64,000 nucleotides of DNA from an uncultured delta proteobacterium (GTDB lineage Bacteria; Myxococcota_A; Polyangia; Fen-1088), in NCBI GenBank assembly GCA_963796685.1, contig CAWCMR010000011.1, positions 1 through 64,000 of the forward strand. Reading direction: 5' to 3'. Below are positions 38,776-48,748 of this stretch, piece after piece. Position 1 is the stretch's first letter. Each line of letters begins with the position of its first letter. The translations under genes and the position numbers were made by a program. A model generated the notes under the pieces. It saw only the letters and a list, made by a program, of their open reading frames with translations. It did not search any database and was not told the origin of the DNA.

Positions 38776-39760
38776 TGTAGATTCCTGTCTTGTACTTCTT
38801 GAGGTTGTTGGGGTCCAGAAACCACGGAATGGTCAGCAGCAAGCCATCGGTCAGACCGAGACGGGGCACGAAGCCGGTCAGGTCACGCAATTTCGTGTTG
38901 TCGCAGGCGAGGCGGCGCACTTCGCTGTCCGCGGGCCGCTGGCGTGTCTCCTCCGTCTTGATCTTCACCTGCTTCTCCATCAGGCGGGCAATCAATTGCA
39001 GAAGCGCCTCGATGCTGATCTCGTGCTCGGAGCCGATGTTCACTTCCTCGCCGACAGCCTTGTCGCAGGCGGCAAGGGCAAGGATGCCCTGGCAGGTATC
39101 CGAGACATGGTTGAGGTTGCGGGTCGGCGTGGTATCTCCGAGTCGCACCTCGTCGGTGCCTGACGCGATCTGCGTGATGATGGTGGGAATGACAGCCCGG
39201 GCGGACTGACGTGCACCGTAGGTATTGAACGGCCGGGCGACGATCACCGGCAGCTTGTGCGCGAAGAAGAAGCTGCGGGCAAGCGCATCTGCCGCGATCT
39301 TGGTCGCGCTGTAAGGAGACTGGGGCTGCAGGGGATGCTTCTCGTCGATGGGAACGTAGCGGGCGGTGCCATAGACCTCGCTGGAGGACATCTGAACCAG
39401 CCGCTCGACATCGTTGTCCAGGCAGGCTTGGCAAATGTTGAGGGTTCCGACGACGTTGGTTTCGACGTAGCTCGCCGGGGCAGCGTACGAGTAGGGAATC
39501 GCGATGAGGGCCGCCAGGTGCAAGACGACATCGACATTCTTGCAGATGTTTCGACATAGATTCGGATCCCGTACGTCCCCGCTGACGACCTCGATGTCCT
39601 TGAGCCGAGCTACGTCGTCCAGCCAACCCCAGCTGTTGAAAGAGTTGTAGAGGGCCAGAGCACGCACGCTCTTGGCTTGATGGAGGGCTATTTCCGCCAG
39701 GTGCGAGCCGATGAAACCATCGGCGCCGGTGATTAGAATCGATTTGTTGTGTAAGTCCAT
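38768..39760 (-). CDS. NAD-dependent 4,6-dehydratase, LegB-like
   Basis: TGADGFIGSHL, YNSFNSWGWLD, HLAALIAIPYSY, PQSPYSATK, RPFNTYG.RQSARA. Confidence 0.9.
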   Translation of the reverse strand: MDLHNKSILITGADGFIGSHLAEIALHQAKSVRALALYNSFNSWGWLDDVARLKDIEVVSGDVRDPNLCRNICKNVDVVLHLAALIAIPYSYAAPASYVETNVVGTLNICQACLDNDVERLVQMSSSEVYGTARYVPIDEKHPLQPQSPYSATKIAADALARSFFFAHKLPVIVARPFNTYGARQSARAVIPTIITQIASGTDEVRLGDTTPTRNLNHVSDTCQGILALAACDKAVGEEVNIGSEHEISIEALLQLIARLMEKQVKIKTEETRQRPADSEVRRLACDNTKLRDLTGFVPRLGLTDGLLLTIPWFLDPNNLKKYKTGIYNV

Positions 39761-39942
39761 GTCGACCTTGGTAGCGAGACAGGAATCCTCTGGCGCTCTA
39801 CCCCGAGGATGGCTCACTTGTCCAGGCCGCGTCCTGTGGCCTTCGCGTTGTCTCTGTCGCTGGCTGCCTTCCTGCCGTGACTGCTGTCACACGCTTGCTT
39901 GGGAGGGGCACATCCAGCCGAGATGCGGTCAAGGAAGTCCCG

Positions 39943-40773
39943 CTAGAGCGAGGTCAGCACGGCCCGCAAGTCGGCGGCGAAACGGCCCCGCGGCGCAAGC
40001 TCGAGGTAGCGCTTGTACGCTGCTCTGGCCGCGGCGGATCGACCCGCGGCTTGTTCGGCGCCGCCGAGGTAGACGTAGGCCTCGGCGCGCTCGGCGTCGA
40101 GGGTAACTGCCTTCTTGGCCCAGTCGAGGGCCTGGCGGGCTCGGCCGCGTTCGAGCTCGGTTCTTGCCAGTATCACGGCCAACTCGGCCGATTGCGGAGT
40201 TTCGTCGATGGCCTTGGGACATGTCTCGAGCACGTCCGTGGCGCGGTGTCGATCGAAGGCGTTTCGACAAGCCTCGAACCCGTCGGTTTGCGGTTTGGCC
40301 GCCACCGCCCCGGTCGCCGGCGATGAGGAAGAAGGCGTCCGACGTTCGGCGGCCGGGGCAGGTGCGGGAGATTTTGCCGGAGGCTCGGCCGTGGCTTTGG
40401 CGGCAACCAGGTCTTCGGCGGGAGGCGCGACCGGGGTCGCAACCGGAGCGGCAGGTTCAGTCGCTCGTGGCGGAGTCGCCCGATGCAAGCGCCCGAACGA
40501 AACCAGACCGAGGACACAGGCCGCTCCCAGGGCGGCGGCGTAGTACGAGGTTCGGCGTCGGGCAAACCAGCGGCGCGGGCTGCCCGCCCCCGTGGTGGGG
40601 TCGCTGACCTCGTCCGTCGCGTGCTGCCAGCTCGAGAGAGCATCCCCTTCCTTGAAGAACCCGTCTTCCAGCGGGTCGAAGTGCACGACGTGCTCGGGCG
40701 TCATGGGCAGGATCTTCGCCGTCAGCTGCTCGGATACGATGATCGATGGCTGGTGTTGATGCGCACGCCTCAT
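39943..40773 (-). CDS. Membrane-anchored TPR protein
   Basis: TM helix, Pro/Ala linker, C-terminal TPRs (AYVYLGGAEQ...YKRYLELAP); start uncertain. Confidence 0.72.
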   Translation of the reverse strand: MRRAHQHQPSIIVSEQLTAKILPMTPEHVVHFDPLEDGFFKEGDALSSWQHATDEVSDPTTGAGSPRRWFARRRTSYYAAALGAACVLGLVSFGRLHRATPPRATEPAAPVATPVAPPAEDLVAAKATAEPPAKSPAPAPAAERRTPSSSSPATGAVAAKPQTDGFEACRNAFDRHRATDVLETCPKAIDETPQSAELAVILARTELERGRARQALDWAKKAVTLDAERAEAYVYLGGAEQAAGRSAAARAAYKRYLELAPRGRFAADLRAVLTSL

Positions 40774-40950
40774 GCGAACCTCCGCAAGGACCAGAGTCCC
40801 AGGCCCGTCCGCACGGTTCAGTCCCGTCGGGGCGGTGTGAGTTGCGCCACGGTGCGAAGGGGTCATCATCCGCTCTGCAAGATTGGTGTCGTGTCCCGGG
40901 AATTCCTTACCAGGACCGGCGCGGTTTTCCGAGTCGCTCCGCGGCAGCCG

Positions 40951-41790
40951 CTATCTCACGCCGGCCTTCTTGGCCTCTTCCCACAGCCTGTTCTGCTCTT
41001 CGGGGGTCGCCGACTTCATGGTGCGACCCTCGGCTTCCAGGCACTCCTCCATGTGACGAAAGCGACGCCCGAAGCGATCGGTGGCTTCGCGCAGGGCGTG
41101 CTCGGCATCGAGATCGAGCTTGCGCGCCAGGTTCGTCATCGCAAACAGCAGATCGCCGAGCTCGTCGGACATGGCCTTGCGGTCCTTGTCCGCGCAGGCC
41201 TCGTCGAATTCGGCCAGCTCTTCCCGCACTTTGTCGCGCACGCCCGCGACGTCGGGCCAGTCGAAACCGACCGCGCCGGCTTTCTCGCCCGCGCGCATGG
41301 CGCGTACCAGTGCGGGGGCGCTGCGCGGGATCCCGTCGAGAGCGCCCTTCTTGCCCTTCTTCGCCTTTTCCGTGGCCTTGAGCTTGGCCCAGCTGGCCAG
41401 CGCCTCCTCCGCGTTGTTCGCCTGTACGTCGCCGAACACGTGCGGGTGTCGGCGGACGAGCTTGCGCACGATTCCCTCGATGACCTCGTCGATGCCGAAG
41501 GCGCCCTCGGCATGGCGCAGCTCGGCCTGGAAGATCACCTGCAAGAGCAGATCGCCGAGCTCCTCGCAGTGGTCGGCCACGTTGCCGGATTGCAGGGCGT
41601 CCACGACCTCGTAGGTCTCCTCGACGAGGTAGGGCAGAAGCGAGGGCAGCGTTTGTTCGCGATCCCAGGGACACCCGTCGGGGGCGAGCAGGCGCTGCAT
41701 GAGACCCACCAGGCGGGGCAGGTTGGCGCCGGTTTGTTTCCCTGGCAAGGGAACGAGATTGAGAGTCGGGGCTGGCGTTTCGTCGTTCAC
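40951..41790 (-). CDS. mazG: Nucleoside triphosphate pyrophosphohydrolase
   Basis: [40 protein letters not shown]. Confidence 0.96.
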   Translation of the reverse strand: MNDETPAPTLNLVPLPGKQTGANLPRLVGLMQRLLAPDGCPWDREQTLPSLLPYLVEETYEVVDALQSGNVADHCEELGDLLLQVIFQAELRHAEGAFGIDEVIEGIVRKLVRRHPHVFGDVQANNAEEALASWAKLKATEKAKKGKKGALDGIPRSAPALVRAMRAGEKAGAVGFDWPDVAGVRDKVREELAEFDEACADKDRKAMSDELGDLLFAMTNLARKLDLDAEHALREATDRFGRRFRHMEECLEAEGRTMKSATPEEQNRLWEEAKKAGVR

Positions 41791-41890
41791 GGGCCTGCAG
41801 TCTAGCCCCGGGACCTCTAGCCCGCATTGTTCTTCATCCCATGCTGCCTGGTTCTTGCCGGGCGTTCGTGCTACAGAGGACCGTGCAATC

Positions 41891-42925
41891 TTGAGCCCTC
41901 GATCCACCGATCATTCGCATTCCGGCACCGACGTCGAGTCGGATCGCGTCGTTCTCGACGACAACCGCGTCGCGCTCATGCTCTTCGGCGAGCGCAACGC
42001 CAATCTCAAGCGCATCGAGATCGAGACCAACGCCAGGCTGCACTCGCGCGGCAACGAGCTGACCTTGATGGGCAGCGCGGATGCCATCGGGCAGGCCAGG
42101 CGCCTGGTCGAGCAGCTGTACCGCATGGCTCGCAGCGGCCGGCCCATCGGACCCGAGGACGTGGGGCGCGCCGCCGAGGTCCTGCGCGGCGACGCCAGCG
42201 CCAACTTGCAAGAGGTTTTTTCGGACACCATCCTGGTCGGCAGCCACGCCCGTCCCATCGCCCCCAAGGGCCTGGCGCAGAAACGCTACGTGGACGCCAT
42301 CCGCGAGCGCGACATCGTCTTCGCCATCGGCCCCGCGGGCACGGGCAAGACCTACCTCGCCATGGCGCTCGCCTTGCGCGAGCTGCTGGAGAAGCGCGTG
42401 AAGCGCATCGTGCTCACCCGGCCGGCCATCGAAGCCGGCGAGCGCCTGGGATTTCTGCCCGGCACCATGGAGGACAAGGTCTCGCCCTACCTGCGTCCGC
42501 TCTACGATGCCTTGCACGACATGGTCGACTTCGATCGCGCGCAGCAGCTGATGGAGCGCGGGATCCTGGAGATCGCGCCGCTGGCCTTCATGCGCGGGCG
42601 CACCCTCAACGATTCCTTCGTGATTCTCGACGAGGCCCAGAACACCACCAGCGAGCAGATGAAGATGTTTCTCACCCGCCTCGGGTTCGAGTCCAAGGCG
42701 GTGGTCACCGGCGACGTCACGCAGATCGACCTGCCCGACCGCCGTCGCTCGGGCCTCACCGAGGCCGAAGCCCTGCTCAAGGACGTCGAGGGCATCTCCA
42801 TCTGCTACTTCACCGAGGTCGACGTGGTTCGCCACCCTCTGGTGGCCAAGATCATCCGCGCCTACGAACGCAAGCGGGCCGAGGACGACGCCGACCAGGG
42901 CGGCTGGGCGCGCCCCGCGAAGTAG
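41891..42925 (+). CDS. phoH: PhoH family ATPase
   Basis: [45 protein letters not shown]; start uncertain. Confidence 0.95.
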   Translation: MSPRSTDHSHSGTDVESDRVVLDDNRVALMLFGERNANLKRIEIETNARLHSRGNELTLMGSADAIGQARRLVEQLYRMARSGRPIGPEDVGRAAEVLRGDASANLQEVFSDTILVGSHARPIAPKGLAQKRYVDAIRERDIVFAIGPAGTGKTYLAMALALRELLEKRVKRIVLTRPAIEAGERLGFLPGTMEDKVSPYLRPLYDALHDMVDFDRAQQLMERGILEIAPLAFMRGRTLNDSFVILDEAQNTTSEQMKMFLTRLGFESKAVVTGDVTQIDLPDRRRSGLTEAEALLKDVEGISICYFTEVDVVRHPLVAKIIRAYERKRAEDDADQGGWARPAK

Positions 42926-42946
42926 TCGAGGGGGAGGGGATTGACC

Positions 42947-44660
42947 ATGGCTTTGGACGAGAAGCCGGCCGATCTCGAACAAACCGCCGAGCGCGCCCGC
43001 TACGAGCGCGACGAGCTGCTCGCCATCGCGCGCGCCCTGTCCTCGGAGCGCGACATCCGCAAGCTGCTCGACCTCATCCTGTTCAAGAGTCGCCAGATCA
43101 CCGGTGCGGACGCCGGCAGCGTCTACGTCCTCGAAGCCGCGGAGGCGGATGCAACCGGCGAGGGCGCCGAGGCCGCCGAGGCCGCTGCGCCTGGCCGGTC
43201 GAACCTGCGCGTGCCCCTGCCACGCGAGCTCTTGCATCGGCGCTCGGCCGCGCTTGGCGCGGGCAGAAATACCATCCTGCACTTCATGCTGTCGCAAAAC
43301 GACTCCATGGTCGTGGATTTTCAGGAGCTCAGGGCTCGAGGTGGACGGCTCGTCCATCGCGGGCAAGACCGTGCTCGGCGGCAAGCCCATCAACATTGCC
43401 AACCTCGGCGCGCTCGCGCCCGCCGACCTCGAGGGGCTGACCCACAACCGCACCTTCGACCAGAAGACCGGCTACCAGGCGCGCTCCATGCTGACCGTGC
43501 CCATGACCTCGGCCATGGGCGACGTCATCGGGGTCATCCAGCTCATCAACAAGAAGCGCGATCCGGCGAAGAAGCTGCTCGCGCCCGCCGATTTCGTCGC
43601 CGAGGTCGTGCCCTTCGACAGCTTTGCCGAGGAGATGGCCTTGGCGCTGGCCTCGCAGGCCGGGGTGTCGCTGGAGAACGCGATCCTCTACGACGAGATC
43701 CGGCGCTTGTTCGAAAGCTTCGTCGATGCCTCGGTGACCGCCATCGAGTCTCGCGATCCGACGACGTCGGGGCATTCGCGGCGCGTGGCCACGCTTTCCG
43801 TGGCGTTGGCCGAGAAGGTCGACGCGGTCACGGCCGGCCCCTTGTCGGGGTTGCACTTCTCGCGCGACGACCTTCGCCAGCTCGAATACGCGGGTATGTT
43901 GCACGACTTCGGCAAGGTCGGGGTGCGCGAGCACGTCCTGGTCAAGGCCAAGAAGCTCTACGACTGGCAGCTCGGCGCCGTGTCCATGCGGTTGCGTTTC
44001 GTGCGCAAGTCCATCGAGGCCGAGGCCCTGCGCGCGAAGCTCGCGCTTTTTCAATCGGGCGCGGGGGCCGTGCAAGAGGCCGCGGCCGCCATCGACGCCG
44101 ACCTCGGCGCGCGCCGGGCGAGGGTCGACGAGGGCTGGCAACTGGTGCTGGCCGCCAACGAACCCACCTTGATGGAACGACCAGCCCTGGCCCGTCTGCT
44201 GGAAATCGCCAACCTGACCTACGTCGACGAGACGGGGGTGGCGCAGCCCTATCTGAGCGCGGACGAGCTCGCGTCCCTGCAGGTCCCGCGCGGCAGCCTC
44301 ACCGCCGACGAGCGGCAACAGATCCAGCGCCACGTCGACCACACCCTCGCCTTTCTGCGCACGATTCCGTGGGGCCGGACCCTGCACAACGTGCCGCACA
44401 TCGCGGGGGCGCACCACGAGCTGCTCGACGGCAGCGGCTATCCCCTGCGCTTGCGCGGGACCGAGATCCCGGTGGAGGCGCGCATGCTGACCATCGCCGA
44501 CATCTTCGACGCCCTGACGGCCTCGGATCGCCCCTACAAGTCCGCGGTGCCCGTGGGGCGCGCCCTCGGCATCTTGGAAGGCGAGGTCAAGGCCGGCAAG
44601 TGCGACGGCGATCTGTTCCGCCTCTTCGTCGAGGCGGAGATCTACAAGCGGGTGCTATGA
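42947..44660 (+). CDS. GAF + HD-GYP phosphodiesterase with +1 frameshift near 43331
   Basis: [59 protein letters not shown]. Confidence 0.9.
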
Positions 44661-45106
44661 GCAACATCTCGGTGCTGGTCCGCCCCGAGGCGCGCAGGTT
44701 GCTCGCACGTGGGCAAGGGCGGGCTCTCGGCGCCCGCCTGGGCGCGGCCTTGCGTCTGCTCGAACGGTCGCGCTGCGAGGTCGCGCTGCTGCTCACGGGC
44801 GACGAGGAGATCCGCGCGCTCAATCGCAACTACCGCAAGCTCGACCGCGCCACCGACGTGCTCAGCTTTCATCAGCAGGAGCTGCACGGCGAATCCGACC
44901 CCGCTTCCGACGGCGTGTTCCTGGGTGACCTCGTCATCTCCGTCGAGACCGCGCTCCGGCGCAGCGGCAAAGGCCGGCTCGCGGGCGAGCTGGCCCGCCT
45001 GGCCATCCACGGCCTGTGCCACCTGTTCGGCCACGACCACCATCGTCCAAGGCAAGCGAGGGTGATGCGCGCGCTCGAGCAGCGCCTTTTGCGTGGAACG
45101 CGATAG
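44657..45106 (+). CDS. ybeY: rRNA maturation endoribonuclease
   Basis: [33 protein letters not shown]. Confidence 0.95.
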   Translation: MSNISVLVRPEARRLLARGQGRALGARLGAALRLLERSRCEVALLLTGDEEIRALNRNYRKLDRATDVLSFHQQELHGESDPASDGVFLGDLVISVETALRRSGKGRLAGELARLAIHGLCHLFGHDHHRPRQARVMRALEQRLLRGTR

Positions 45107-45267
45107 CGGGCACGACGATCCTCGGTACTTGCGCTCGCGCGGGCAGTAGGGGGCCGGGGTCTGGCGGATAGGCCTTGACCCTCCCGTGCCGCGCGCGAAT
45201 GCTTTCGGGGTCCGAGCGAGGTGCTCGACCGTACCGTTCGACTACATGGGCACGGAGGACGACCATC

Positions 45268-46941
45268 ATGCACAACCAGGCACGGCGCGTTCTGGACAGC
45301 GTGCTTCTCGGGATCGTGGGCGCCTTGGGCGCGCAGGTCTTCACCTTTCTGCTCGACCTCGTGGGATCGCTCACGCTCACGCGCATCGCCGGGTACACCG
45401 CGCCCGGGCTCCTGATGGACAAAGGAGCGCTGCAACAAGTGATCGGACCGCATGGACTCTGGCTGGTTCCGATCGTAACGACCCTCGGCGGTCTCCTTTC
45501 GGGGCTGCTGGTCTACAGTCTCGCGCCCGAGGCCGAGGGTCATGGAACGGACACCGCGGTAAAGGCCTTCCACCGCACCGGCGGGTTCATCCGCGCCCGC
45601 ATCGTCCCGCTGAAGATCGTTGCGTCCGCCATCACCATCGGTACCGGCGGCTGCGCCGGGCGCGAGGGACCGACCGCGCTCATCAGTGCGGGGATTGGCT
45701 CCATCTACGCCACGCTGACCAAACGCACCGACGAGGAGCGGCGCCTGCTCGTGCTGATGGGCATGGCCGCCGGGCTTTCGGCCATTTTTCGCTCGCCCAT
45801 CGGCACCGCCATCTTCGCGGTGGAGGTGCTCTACCGGGACATGGAGTTCGATGCGCCGGCCCTGGTCTACACCATGCTCGCCGCCGTGGTCGCGTACGCC
45901 CTGAATGGTCACATCGTGGGTTGGAAACCCCTGTTCGTGGTGCCCGCAAGCCTCGCGCCCCCGGCGATTTCGGACTACCTCGGCTACCTCGTCCTGGGCC
46001 TGGCCGCGGGCGTCCTGGCGACACTCGTGCCCATGGTCTTTTACCGCGTACGCGACGGCTTCCGCGCGCTTCCCTTGCCTGACCACGTGAAGCCAGCCCT
46101 GGGCGGACTTGGCGTGGGACTGCTGGCTCTCGGGCTGCCCCAGGTACTGGGCGGCGGCTATGGCTGGATCCAGCTCGCCATGAACGGGAAGCTGGCGCTC
46201 TGGCTCATGGTTGTGCTCGTGTTCGCCAAGCTCCTCGCCCTCGCGCTCACGGTCTCCTCGGGCGGGTCGGGCGGCGTCTTTGCACCTTCGTTGTTCATCG
46301 GGGCGATGCTCGGCGGAGCGCTCGCGCGCATTCTCGGCCAACCCCCCGGGCCCTTCGTCGTCGTCGGCATGGCGGCCCTGTTCGCGGGCGCTGCAAGGGT
46401 TCCCATGGCCACCATGCTCATGGTCACCGAGATGACCGGCGGATACGACCAACTGGTGGCCGCGGGCCTTGCGGTGACGGTTTCGTACTTCGTCCAGCGA
46501 GGCCTATCCACCAAGCTGCGCTACACCAGCCTGTACGAGGCGCAAGTGCCACGTCCGGCGGACTCGCCCGCCCACCATCAAGAGCAGGTCGAAACCGCAC
46601 TGCATTTGCTGCGGCAACACCTGGTCACCTTGCCGGCCGGTGTGCACCATCTGCGCCTCACCGATCTTCTGTCTTCGGGCGTGCCGGTCGATCTGCCCGG
46701 CGGCAGTCGGCTGACCATCGGCGTGCTGCCCGCGAAGAGCCCGTGGCTGGGACGTACGCTCGCCGACTGGCAGGCGCAAGGTGGTGGCGCCATCGTCATC
46801 GCCGTATTCCGGGCAGGTGGCACGCTGCTGCCTCTGCCCGGGCTGACCCTGCAGCCGGACGATCGTTTGCTGCTGATCGTGACTCCCGAGCAGTGGCAAG
46901 GTCTGAAAGAACGATTGGCGCCGCTCGGCCCGAAGATGTGA
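45268..46941 (+). CDS. ClC chloride channel protein with C-terminal TrkA-C-like domain
   Basis: GHGTD, GREGP, GGVFAP motifs. Confidence 0.93.
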   Translation: MHNQARRVLDSVLLGIVGALGAQVFTFLLDLVGSLTLTRIAGYTAPGLLMDKGALQQVIGPHGLWLVPIVTTLGGLLSGLLVYSLAPEAEGHGTDTAVKAFHRTGGFIRARIVPLKIVASAITIGTGGCAGREGPTALISAGIGSIYATLTKRTDEERRLLVLMGMAAGLSAIFRSPIGTAIFAVEVLYRDMEFDAPALVYTMLAAVVAYALNGHIVGWKPLFVVPASLAPPAISDYLGYLVLGLAAGVLATLVPMVFYRVRDGFRALPLPDHVKPALGGLGVGLLALGLPQVLGGGYGWIQLAMNGKLALWLMVVLVFAKLLALALTVSSGGSGGVFAPSLFIGAMLGGALARILGQPPGPFVVVGMAALFAGAARVPMATMLMVTEMTGGYDQLVAAGLAVTVSYFVQRGLSTKLRYTSLYEAQVPRPADSPAHHQEQVETALHLLRQHLVTLPAGVHHLRLTDLLSSGVPVDLPGGSRLTIGVLPAKSPWLGRTLADWQAQGGGAIVIAVFRAGGTLLPLPGLTLQPDDRLLLIVTPEQWQGLKERLAPLGPKM

Positions 46942-47111
46942 AGAAAGAGTCGCGAGCCATCCCCATCCCCTGGTGACTCAGCCCAGGCTATTCCCCGCGT
47001 CGCCGTGCACGGCTGGAGGCGGGGGTGGGCCGGGCGGTGGCGGCTGAGCCGGCCAGCGATGGAAGAGCCCTCGGGGCGTCCACAGCACGTAATCGCCGGT
47101 GCGGAAAGTCT

Positions 47112-47762
47112 TCAGCCAGTGCCGATTGAGGCGACGGATACGGACGCAACCTTCGCAGAACGTCTTCCATCGACCCGCGGCACGAGCGGGACGCCAGGGG
47201 GCTCCGTCCTGCTCGGGTACGGCATCGATGCAATCCCGGCCGCCGCCGCGTCGACGCAGGCCATGATCAGAAACAGCACGGTAAAGGACAGATGCGCGAC
47301 GACCAGCCCGCCTGCGAGCGCCGCCAGCCCGGCGAACACATGGGTCCCGCCGGCCCAGATGGACCAGTGCCGGGCCGAGGGCTCATTGATGCCGTCGGTA
47401 AAGACCGAGTCCCAGGCCGGCTCGATGAGGCCGGTGGCCAGCCCGGCCGCGAGCTGCACGGCGAACAGCTGCCACTTGTTTTGTACGAAGACGTAACCGA
47501 CATCGCAGCAAACGGAGGTCCACAGACCCACGGCCAAGAATCCCTTGATGCGGCGCTGGAACAGCGCTCTCGTGCCGATCACTCCGATGACGGCGCCGGT
47601 GGCAATCGAGAACACCGCGAAGGCGATGCCGGCATCCAAAAGGCTGCCACCCACCTTTTCGGTGAAGGCGGCATAAATGGGAACCAGCATCGACTCGGCA
47701 AAAGTGATGAGGAAACTGATGCGGAGAAGCAGGCGGGCTTGTCGGGGGAGGGCGATGGGCAT
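47112..47762 (-). CDS. Half-size (about 6 TM) MFS-like membrane protein
   Basis: Six hydrophobic segments with an MFS N-domain-like pattern. Confidence 0.7.
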   Translation of the reverse strand: MPIALPRQARLLLRISFLITFAESMLVPIYAAFTEKVGGSLLDAGIAFAVFSIATGAVIGVIGTRALFQRRIKGFLAVGLWTSVCCDVGYVFVQNKWQLFAVQLAAGLATGLIEPAWDSVFTDGINEPSARHWSIWAGGTHVFAGLAALAGGLVVAHLSFTVLFLIMACVDAAAAGIASMPYPSRTEPPGVPLVPRVDGRRSAKVASVSVASIGTG

Positions 47763-48028
47763 TCGGACCTGAGCAGTCGGCAGCTGAGCAACAATTGGAA
47801 CTTCACTAGAATACCACGGGCACTGCTTTCATTCCCGGAGCCGGCGCTGTGACAGCCGCGGCACATTTGTCCACGCTGACTGGCAACGCCGTGTTCCGCA
47901 CGCGGCACGAAGCGCGGGGAGTGCTCCGAAACACCCCTGATAACGCCAAGGGTTAGGTGCGCGCCGCAGTGCCCGGGGCAGATGGCCCATCGGGTCAGTC
48001 TTGCTGTTTTGCCGGGCAGGGGGGATAG

Positions 48029-48748
48029 TTGGCGGCCGTGACGGCACGGTGTCAGTTTCTCGCGTGGGTCGTCGTGCTGGGCCTTTCGTCTTGCGATTTC
48101 GACAAGGCTTTCAAGCGATACTGCGAGAACAATCCGAAATGCTTCCAGGATGCGGGCGGCACGTCCGAGGTCGGCCCGGATGCTGCCGGCCCGGATGCTG
48201 CCGGCCCGGATGCGAACGATGCGGCTGCCGACGCCTTTCCCCTCGTCCCGCCTCCGTTCCCGAGGAGCTGCGGCTCTTGCGCCAGCAATGAAGTCTGTCG
48301 CACCGCCAGCAATGCCTGTCTTCAGACCTGTACGACCGTTGCCGACTGCCCCCCGTGGCATGACAGTTGCCAGCCTCTCCCCGATCCCAAGGGCGGCCCG
48401 GACACTCCCCCGGTCTGCATCTGCACCTCGGCGCAAGTGTGCGCGAACTTCGGGGACTATTCGTGCAACGGTTTCGAGAACCAGTGCGAGAAGCTTTGCA
48501 GCGCACAGCCTGGGAGTCAGCAGGTTTGCGCCGGCTTCCAACCGGCGCGGCTTTGCCTGGATCCCCCTGGATGGTGCGAACCGACTTTGCCGGCCTGTTT
48601 GTCGAATCTCGATTGCACGTACCCGACCGCGCCCCGCTGCGATCCTCTTTCGCTATGGTGTGTCGGCTGTGCGGGCAGCCGCGACTGTGCCGGTCGTCCG
48701 GACGGCCTGACAGTCTGTGCTGCGAACGGCAGCTGTGTCAGCCCGTAG
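48029..48748 (+). CDS. Cys-rich lipoprotein
   Basis: Lipobox LSSC; GPDAA repeats; dense Cys C-terminus. Confidence 0.8.
   Translation: MAAVTARCQFLAWVVVLGLSSCDFDKAFKRYCENNPKCFQDAGGTSEVGPDAAGPDAAGPDANDAAADAFPLVPPPFPRSCGSCASNEVCRTASNACLQTCTTVADCPPWHDSCQPLPDPKGGPDTPPVCICTSAQVCANFGDYSCNGFENQCEKLCSAQPGSQQVCAGFQPARLCLDPPGWCEPTLPACLSNLDCTYPTAPRCDPLSLWCVGCAGSRDCAGRPDGLTVCAANGSCVSP

Noticed and set aside
42941-45106. 721-aa GAF-YbeY fusion ORF
   Set aside because: Artefact of the +1 frameshift at ~43331; ybeY has its own ATG at 44657.
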